In this document: positions 35,930 through 41,252 of the stretch, one piece after another
How positions within the stretch are numbered: position 1 is the first letter of the stretch
How the letters are laid out: each line of letters starts with the position of its first letter
Origin: Actinomycetota bacterium
GTDB lineage: Bacteria; Actinomycetota; UBA4738; HRBIN12
Direction: 5' to 3'
Assembly (NCBI GenBank): GCA_050692535.1
Contig: JBOGVL010000001.1
Coordinates: 1-41,252, forward strand
DNA: 41,252 bases
Program-made: the position numbers and the translations under genes
Notes under the pieces: generated by a model
Database searches by the model: none
The model's input: only the letters and a program-made list of their open reading frames with translations
What the model was told of the DNA's origin: nothing

Positions 35930-35953
35930 CGCCCCCGGCCTTAGTCGGGGGCG
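35930..35953 (+). terminator. GC hairpin followed by a T-containing tract, downstream of the plus-strand micro-ORF
   Basis: cgcccccg (35930-35937) / loop gccttagt / cgggggcg (35946-35953), then ttgcccttgggttcttc. A smaller hairpin, gccgccg-cctc-cggcggc, lies at 35846-35863. Confidence 0.35.
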
Positions 35954-36128
35954 TTGCCCTTGGGTTCTTCTGCCCCCCAGCCTCATGACTGGGCAGGACG
36001 GCCCCCAAGGAGTGCGTAGGGTCGGCTCCCGCGGATCCTCCCCTTCGCCCTATCCCAGGGAGTCGCCGCGGCGAGGCCGCAGCTACGGTCCTTTCTGGGT
36101 GGGTGTGTTTGACGAAATGCACACACCA

Positions 36129-36159
36129 CGTAGGCTCCGGGGGTCTCCCGGAGCCTACG
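36129..36159 (-). terminator. 13-bp perfect-stem hairpin 33 nt downstream of the minus-strand micro-ORF
   Basis: cgtaggctccggg (36129-36141) / loop ggtct / cccggagcctacg (36147-36159). An adjacent 7-bp hairpin, ggtgtgt...acacacc, lies at 36102-36127. Confidence 0.4.
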
Positions 36160-36191
36160 GAATGACTTTCGACGACTTGTGGTCGGTGGAA

Positions 36192-36275
36192 CTAGAACCG
36201 GATGTGAGCGCCGCCGGCCAGAGCCAGCGCCGCGAGCGAGCCGACCGCAATGGCGAACCGCTTGATCAGCTTCAT
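36192..36275 (-). CDS. 27-aa signal-peptide-like micro-protein MKLIKRFAIAVGSLAALALAGGAHIRF
   Basis: It is not in the ORF track. GGAGG lies 7 nt upstream of ATG 36275. It has the same length and the same C-terminal 12 residues as 35729-35812. Confidence 0.6.
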   Translation of the reverse strand: MKLIKRFAIAVGSLAALALAGGAHIRF

Positions 36276-36359
36276 CTCTCCACCTCCCTCAAGGACTGCT
36301 GGGAGACCTAGCCCCCCGGCCGATGCTGATATCCCCCACTCTCGTCCTCCCCAACAAAA

Positions 36360-36388
36360 GGAGGATGATTGGAGGAACTATCGGAGGA
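36360..36388. promoter_or_regulatory. Three direct GGAGGA repeats spaced 11 and 12 nt
   Basis: ggagga occurs at 36360-36365, 36371-36376 and 36383-36388, in the divergent region between the minus-strand micro-ORF and the HisKA_3 kinase. Confidence 0.35.
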
Positions 36389-36528
36389 CCCCCCAACGGC
36401 CCACAAGCCGCCTCTCCGCCCTACAGAACCCACCGTACGTAGTGGGCGCAGGCGAAGCCGCCGAAGAGGTGGTTTCAACTAGCTTCCTCAAAGGGCAAGA
36501 TGGGGCGTTCGCTCAGGAGCGGGTGAGG

Positions 36529-38067
36529 GTGACTCAAGAGGGCGCTCAGACGAGGTCGTCAACCCACAATTGGGCTCTGACTTTCTTCGAGCTCGCCGTT
36601 GTGATCCCAACCCTCACCCTCCTAACCGTAGGACTGGTCCGCGACGACGCCGCACCCATCGAAGAGGACTGGACCGCCCTCCTGATCTGGGTGGCGATCA
36701 TCGCGCTCGTTGAACTGATCCCCGTTCCGACATGGCGAGGAACTGCCATTGGGATGGGGTTCCCCTTGCTGATGGTTGTGGCGTTCATCTATGACCCGGT
36801 AGCAGCAGCAGCAGCAGCCTTCTTGGCCGCCTCGGATCCGCGAGAACTCAAAGGTGAAGTTGGCCTTCTTCGAGCCCTCTTCAATCGGTGCCAGGTCGCG
36901 TTGGCGGTTTGCGCTGCGAGTGCGATCTTCCATGAGCTCGCCTCAATCCACTCTTCAAATCCCTTGCGACTGTTGGCGGCGGCCGGACTAGCGGCGGTTG
37001 CTGACTACCTCGTCAACTTCACCCTGGTCGCTCTGGCGGCGGGCATCCATTATCGGATGCATCCCATACGAGTAATCAGACAGCTCCGCGTGGGGAGACT
37101 CACCGAGTTTGTCATCAGTTATCTCGGGCTGGCCGTGTTTGGCCTGATTCTCGCAAAGGTCTATCTGGAGACGGCCTTCTACGCGGTGCCCGCTTTCGTA
37201 ATCCCTCTGCTGCTCGCGAGGCAGATGTTCTTCCGCAGCAAGGCGCTCGAGGAGGCACACAAGGAGCTACAGGATCGCGAGCACGTGCTGCGCGCGTTGT
37301 CGAACCGGATGGCGGAGGAGCGACAGGACGAGCGGCAGCAGATCGCCGCCTACCTGCACGACGACCTGGCGCAGCTGCTCTTCCGGCTCTCGATCCAGGT
37401 GGACGTCGCGCGGCGGCATCTGGACAAGGGCAAGGTCGACGACACCGAGCGCGTGCTCACCGAGATCAAGGAGACGAAGAACAAGACGTCCGACCGGATC
37501 CGGGCGCTGATCCGAGACCTGCACCGGTCGCCTCTGGGGCGCGCCGGGTTGGGGGCGGCGCTGCACAGCTTCATCGCGGAGACGGGACGGGACTCCGAGG
37601 TGCAGTACCACACCGACATCGACGAGATCGACCTGCCCGCCCCGATCGCGCTGCTGATGTACCACATCGCCCGCGAGGCGGTCATGAACTCGCTCAAGCA
37701 CGCGAAGGCGCACAACATGTGGGTCGTCGTCAAGGAGAACGGCGACGAGGTGGAGATGGTCCTGCGCGACGACGGGGTGGGGTTCGACGTCGACGCGCCG
37801 GAGCCCGAGGGGCACTTCGGCCTGACGATGATGCGTGAGCGCGCGTCGGTCGGCGGCGGGACCTACGAGGTCGCGAGCGAACCCGGCGAGGGCGCCACCA
37901 TCACGGTTCGCTTCCCCACGTCCTGGCTGCAGGAGGACGGGGAGGGGGGGGCGGGCTCGGGATCGCACGTGCCGCTGCCCCCGCACCAGCCGCCGAGCCA
38001 CGACGATGTTTCCCCTGGTTCCTCCTCGAAGCCCGAGGACTCCTCGACGGAGAAGGTACGCGCATAG
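36529..38067 (+). CDS. Polytopic (about 7 TM) sensor histidine kinase, HisKA_3 (NarL-type) + HATPase_c
   Basis: GTG 36529 lies 9 nt after AGGAG (alternative GTG 36523). It has about 7 hydrophobic helices and no large extracytoplasmic loop. The H-box is IAAYLHDDLAQLL, the N-box is REAVMNSLKHA, and DDGVGF and GHFGLTMMRERA are present. Confidence 0.85.
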   Translation: MTQEGAQTRSSTHNWALTFFELAVVIPTLTLLTVGLVRDDAAPIEEDWTALLIWVAIIALVELIPVPTWRGTAIGMGFPLLMVVAFIYDPVAAAAAAFLAASDPRELKGEVGLLRALFNRCQVALAVCAASAIFHELASIHSSNPLRLLAAAGLAAVADYLVNFTLVALAAGIHYRMHPIRVIRQLRVGRLTEFVISYLGLAVFGLILAKVYLETAFYAVPAFVIPLLLARQMFFRSKALEEAHKELQDREHVLRALSNRMAEERQDERQQIAAYLHDDLAQLLFRLSIQVDVARRHLDKGKVDDTERVLTEIKETKNKTSDRIRALIRDLHRSPLGRAGLGAALHSFIAETGRDSEVQYHTDIDEIDLPAPIALLMYHIAREAVMNSLKHAKAHNMWVVVKENGDEVEMVLRDDGVGFDVDAPEPEGHFGLTMMRERASVGGGTYEVASEPGEGATITVRFPTSWLQEDGEGGAGSGSHVPLPPHQPPSHDDVSPGSSSKPEDSSTEKVRA

Positions 38068-38587
38068 CCCACACGACCAGCCACACCAGCCCGGCGTAGA
38101 TGAAGACGTCACCGATGCTGATCACCTGGTGGATCGGCCCCGCCACGGGGATCACGTCGGCCAGGAACTTCAGCACGTCGAAGTCTTCCATCAGGTGGTG
38201 TTTGTAGGCGCCCTCGTCGACGAGGTACCGGATGACGTCGGCCTGGCCGGAGGCCCGGAGCGCGTCCTCGCTCACCGGCATGCCCCCGTTGGACACGATC
38301 ACCGCCGCGTTGCACGCGACCCCGAGCAGGATCACCGGCATCCCCGGCAGCCGGACGTTGAGGACCCCGAAGGTCAGCAGCAGCGCGTACGAGAGCGCGA
38401 GCACGCCCGTGCGTGCGATGAGGTCGCTGCCGCCCCCGCCCTCGGGCAGCGGCAGGAACTGGATCCCGAGCCCCGCGAGGGCGAGCCACCACCACCGCAG
38501 GTGCAGCTGCTCGAGGTTGGTCAGCCGGCCGCCGAAGAGGTAGCCGAGGACGACGGCGAGCGCGAGGACGATGAGGTAGAGGCGCAT
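37901..38587 (-). CDS. DUF5317-like membrane protein with a 50-aa low-complexity tail
   Basis: ATG 38587. MRLYLIVLALAVVLGYLFGGRL...NAAVIVSNGGMPV...IGDVFIYAGLVWLVVW. Only the last 228 codons of the 786-aa ORF are credible. Confidence 0.75.
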   Translation of the reverse strand: MRLYLIVLALAVVLGYLFGGRLTNLEQLHLRWWWLALAGLGIQFLPLPEGGGGSDLIARTGVLALSYALLLTFGVLNVRLPGMPVILLGVACNAAVIVSNGGMPVSEDALRASGQADVIRYLVDEGAYKHHLMEDFDVLKFLADVIPVAGPIHQVISIGDVFIYAGLVWLVVWAMRVPSPSRSPRASRRNQGKHRRGSAAGAGAAARAIPSPPPPPRPPAARTWGSEP

Positions 38588-38665
38588 GCGTGATCGCGGG
38601 TCTTGGGGACGGCCGATTCTGTCGCCTCCACCGGCGGGTGTCCAGCGAGGCCGTAGCATCCGGGC

Positions 38666-40330
38666 GTGGCGCGGATGGTGCCGTTCCCGATGCTGCCGAC
38701 CGACAGCTCGGCCGAGCGGCGACTGTACGAGGCGTTCCTGGGGCAGCTCGACGACGTGTTCGTCGTGTACCACTCCGTCGACTGGGTGATCCTGCGGGAC
38801 GGGCGCTCCGAGCAGGGCGAGGCCGACTTCGTGGTGGCGCACCCCGAGCTGGGGCTCCTCGTGCTCGAGGCGAAGGGCGGCTCGATCGCGTACGACCCGG
38901 CGACGCGCCGCTGGACCCAGACCGGGCACGGCGGTGCGCACCATCTGGACGAGGACCCATTCCACCAGGCCGAGGACGAGATGCGCTCGCTCGTACGGAT
39001 TCTGGAGGCACAGCCGGGCTGGGAGCGATGGATGCCGAGCTACGGGTTCGGCGTCGCCTTCCCCGACGGGCGGTACGAGCGCGAAGCCCATCCGGGCGCG
39101 CCGGCCGAGATCGCGATCGACCACCACGATCTCCCGCGGCCGTCCGAACGCGTCCCCGAGGTGATGCGGCACTGGCTCCGGCCGGGCCGCGCGTTCGGCG
39201 CCGAGGGCATGGATGCCCTCGCGCTCGCGCTCGGCTACCGGGTCGAGATCCGGCTGCCGCTGCGGCTCCGGTTCGACGAGGAGGACAAGAAGATCGTCGA
39301 GCTCACCCGGGACCAGGCGTGGGTGCTCGCGTTCGTCACCAACCGCAAACGCGCCGCCGTCACCGGGGCGGCGGGGTCGGGCAAGACGCTCCTCGCGCTC
39401 CAGATCGCGACGCGGCTCGCCGCCAAGGGCCACCGGACGCTGCTGACCTGCTTCAACCGGCGCCTCGGCGACTACCTCCGCGAGGCTGCGGGCGACGTGC
39501 CCGGCCTGGACGTCGACCACTTCCACCAGCTCTGCGTGCGGGTGGCCGAGGAGGCGGGGCTGACCGTGCCGGAGGCCGACATCGAGCCGGGGTCGCGGCA
39601 CTTCGAGCACGAGCTGCCGGAGCTCCTGGCCGAGGCCGCGGCCCTGCTCGGGCCCCGATACGACGCCGTCGTGGTCGACGAAGGACAGGACTTCCGCGAG
39701 TGGTGGTGGCCCGCGCTCCTGTCGCTCCACCGCGATCCGGACGAGGGGATGCTCTACGTCTTCGCCGACGACGAGCAGAACCTCTACGGGGGAGCGCTGC
39801 CGGTCCCCGAGGACCTGCGCGTCGGTCCGATCCCGCACAACCTGCGGAACACGCGGGAGATCGGGGAGTTTGTCTCCGTCTTCTATTCGGGCGAGCAGAA
39901 GCCCGTCGCGAAGGGCCCGCCCGGCCGTGCGGTGGAGATCATCGGCTACCGGGACGACGAGGACCTGTCGCGGCTCCTCGGCACCGTCCTCAGGAACCTC
40001 GTGGAGGAGGAGCACCTCCCGATGGAGGACATCGCGCTCCTGACACCGTCGGGCACGGGGAAGAGCCGCCTGCGCGCCCGGGGTGAGGCGGGGGGCTACC
40101 GGCTCTCCGAGACCGTCGAGCCCGGGACGATCCTCGCCACCAGCGTGCACGCGTTCAAGGGGCTCGAGCGTCCCGTCGTGATCCTCGCCGAGCTCGGCGA
40201 CAAGCATCTGGAGGACCTGCGGCAATACCTCTACGTCGGCGGCTCGAGGGCCCGGAACCACCTGATCGTCCTCGCCACGGAGCCGGTCGCCCGGCAGCTG
40301 CGGCGGATGGCCGCCGTCTCGGCCCGCTAG
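38666..40330 (+). CDS. NERD (nuclease-related) domain fused to an SF1 UvrD-like helicase/ATPase
   Basis: The NERD region is ERRLYEAF...EADFVVAHPELGLLVLEAKGG. Walker A is GAAGSGKT and Walker B is VVVDEGQDF. The C-terminal UvrD_C-like region is SVHAFKGLERPVVIL...LYVGGSRARNHLIVL. Confidence 0.85.
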   Translation: MARMVPFPMLPTDSSAERRLYEAFLGQLDDVFVVYHSVDWVILRDGRSEQGEADFVVAHPELGLLVLEAKGGSIAYDPATRRWTQTGHGGAHHLDEDPFHQAEDEMRSLVRILEAQPGWERWMPSYGFGVAFPDGRYEREAHPGAPAEIAIDHHDLPRPSERVPEVMRHWLRPGRAFGAEGMDALALALGYRVEIRLPLRLRFDEEDKKIVELTRDQAWVLAFVTNRKRAAVTGAAGSGKTLLALQIATRLAAKGHRTLLTCFNRRLGDYLREAAGDVPGLDVDHFHQLCVRVAEEAGLTVPEADIEPGSRHFEHELPELLAEAAALLGPRYDAVVVDEGQDFREWWWPALLSLHRDPDEGMLYVFADDEQNLYGGALPVPEDLRVGPIPHNLRNTREIGEFVSVFYSGEQKPVAKGPPGRAVEIIGYRDDEDLSRLLGTVLRNLVEEEHLPMEDIALLTPSGTGKSRLRARGEAGGYRLSETVEPGTILATSVHAFKGLERPVVILAELGDKHLEDLRQYLYVGGSRARNHLIVLATEPVARQLRRMAAVSAR

Positions 40331-40480
40331 GTCCGAGGGTGGGAGGCGGCGGCCTGCTGCTCGCTCCCCACACCCGAAGAGGCGAAAGTCGGGCGCCCAC
40401 CGGTCTCAGCGCGCGATCGGCGATTGATCGACTCGATCTTGGGTAGTCAGGAGGTGATCGAGCGGAACGAGGGAGGGTGC

Positions 40481-41248
40481 ATGCTTGCCATCGACTTCGA
40501 AGCCGGGCTCACCGAGGCGTGGGAGAGAATCGCGACGTTCGTCCCGAAGCTCCTCGGGTTCCTCGCGATCCTGATCATCGGCTACTTCGTCGCGAAGCTC
40601 TTCGCTCGCGTCGTGGATCGGCTGCTCGAGCGGATCGGATTCGATCGGTGGGTGGAGCGCGGGGCCCTCAAGACCGCACTCGAGCGGTCGAGGTTCGATG
40701 CCTCGGACATCCTGTCCGTTGTCGCCTTCTGGGCCGTGTTCTTGATCGCGCTGCAGCTCGCATTCGGCGTGTTCGGCCCCAACCCCGTGAGTGACCTGAT
40801 CCAGGGGATCATCGCCTACCTGCCGAACCTGTTCGCCGCCGTGGTGATCCTCGTGATCGTGGCCGCGCTGGCGAAGGTCGTGACGGACCTGCTCACCGCT
40901 GCGCTGGGTTCGGTCTCGGGCGGGGACTGGATCGCGCGAGGCGCGGGGATCGCCATCCTCGTCGTCGGGATCTTCGCGGCGCTGAATCAGCTGGAGGTCG
41001 CGCCCGAGATCGTCAACGGGCTCTTCTACGCGCTGCTTGCCATCGTCGTTGGGACGGCGATCGTCGCGTTCGGCGGCGGCGGCATCCAAACCGCGCGTCG
41101 GTATTGGGAGCGCGCCAGCGTGAGCGTGGAGAGCAAGACCTCTCAGATCCGGCACGGAGCCGAATCGACGGAGACCACGCACCGGGCCGAGGACGTTGTG
41201 GGGATTCCCGACGTCGAGGAGGAGCGTCCGGGCAGGCCACCGATGTGA
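40481..41248 (+). CDS. Membrane protein with repeated 'conserved TM helix' motifs (mechanosensitive-channel-associated family)
   Basis: ATG 40481 follows GAGGGAGGG. There are four similar helices, e.g. FVPKLLGFLAILIIGYFVAKLFARVVDRLLE. Confidence 0.65.
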   Translation: MLAIDFEAGLTEAWERIATFVPKLLGFLAILIIGYFVAKLFARVVDRLLERIGFDRWVERGALKTALERSRFDASDILSVVAFWAVFLIALQLAFGVFGPNPVSDLIQGIIAYLPNLFAAVVILVIVAALAKVVTDLLTAALGSVSGGDWIARGAGIAILVVGIFAALNQLEVAPEIVNGLFYALLAIVVGTAIVAFGGGGIQTARRYWERASVSVESKTSQIRHGAESTETTHRAEDVVGIPDVEEERPGRPPM

Positions 41249-41252
41249 CCTC

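Noticed and set aside
36365-36442. A 25-codon ORF, MIGGTIGGPPNGPQAASPPYRTHRT, overlapping the GGAGGA repeats.
   Set aside because: Its only RBS-like sequence abuts the ATG with no spacer. It has no paralog and no compositional support.
36250-36528. ATG 36250 as the start of the HisKA_3 kinase (the ORF track's 605-aa version).
   Set aside because: The extra 93 residues are Pro/Arg/Gln-rich and non-membrane. They overlap the minus-strand micro-ORF and the GGAGGA repeat region. GTG 36529, with an AGGAG RBS, immediately precedes the first TM helix.
36802-36816. A (GCA)5 trinucleotide run.
   Set aside because: It lies inside the kinase TM domain and simply encodes AAAAA within a helix. It is too short to treat as a contingency locus.
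38588-40261. The N-terminal 558 codons of the 786-aa minus-strand ORF 37901-40261.
   Set aside because: This part is antisense to the well-supported NERD-helicase gene and is compositionally junk. Only the last 228 codons, from ATG 38587 (DUF5317-like), are credible.

Overview
High-GC, actinobacterial-type chromosomal segment of about 41 kb. Spot counts on single 60-nt lines give about 70% GC in most of the window and 53-65% in the 31-37 kb block. I call about 50 CDS. I found no rRNA, CRISPR array, transposase or integrase. The long 'ORFs' antisense to real genes are high-GC shadow frames. The left two thirds (0-27 kb) hold small, mostly single-gene stress, detox and housekeeping functions with heavy paralogy. 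These include 4 VOC/glyoxalase-like genes (one a remnant), 3 RibD_C/DHFR-like, 3 GNAT and 2 DinB-like genes. Also present are nitroreductase, RidA, an ArsR+SRPBCC pair, an MBL hydrolase, a SAM methyltransferase, a truncated haemoglobin, folD, CsbD, a cupredoxin lipoprotein, two BNR/Asp-box propeller proteins and two class III cyclases. The right third (28.8-40.3 kb) is a signalling neighbourhood. It contains an OmpR-type RR/HK pair, a receiver-only RR and a 1289-aa SARP-(cyclase-like)-AAA/STAND-TPR regulator. It also contains a polytopic HisKA_3 kinase, a DUF5317 membrane protein and a NERD+SF1-helicase fusion. Most interesting observations: (1) Two unannotated, convergent 27-codon genes sit between the SARP regulator and the polytopic kinase. 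They encode near-identical signal-peptide-like micro-proteins ending in ALALAGGAHIRF, and their DNA differences in the shared tail are all synonymous. A perfect 3 x (A/G)CGTTAG array with exact 11-nt periodicity, the expected format of a SARP operator, precedes one of them. I propose this as a candidate secreted-peptide signalling cassette; this is inference only. (2) A TlpA/ResA-like redoxin lipoprotein gene is interrupted only by an in-frame TGA exactly at the first Cys of its CxxC motif, with a GC hairpin 7 nt downstream. It is either a selenoprotein candidate or a fresh pseudogene. (3) Three decayed copies of a tRNA-Gly(CCC) 3' end bracket a YCII-cyclase fusion gene. (4) A histidine kinase has ACG at its expected start position and is in frame with the upstream RR across a single TAG.
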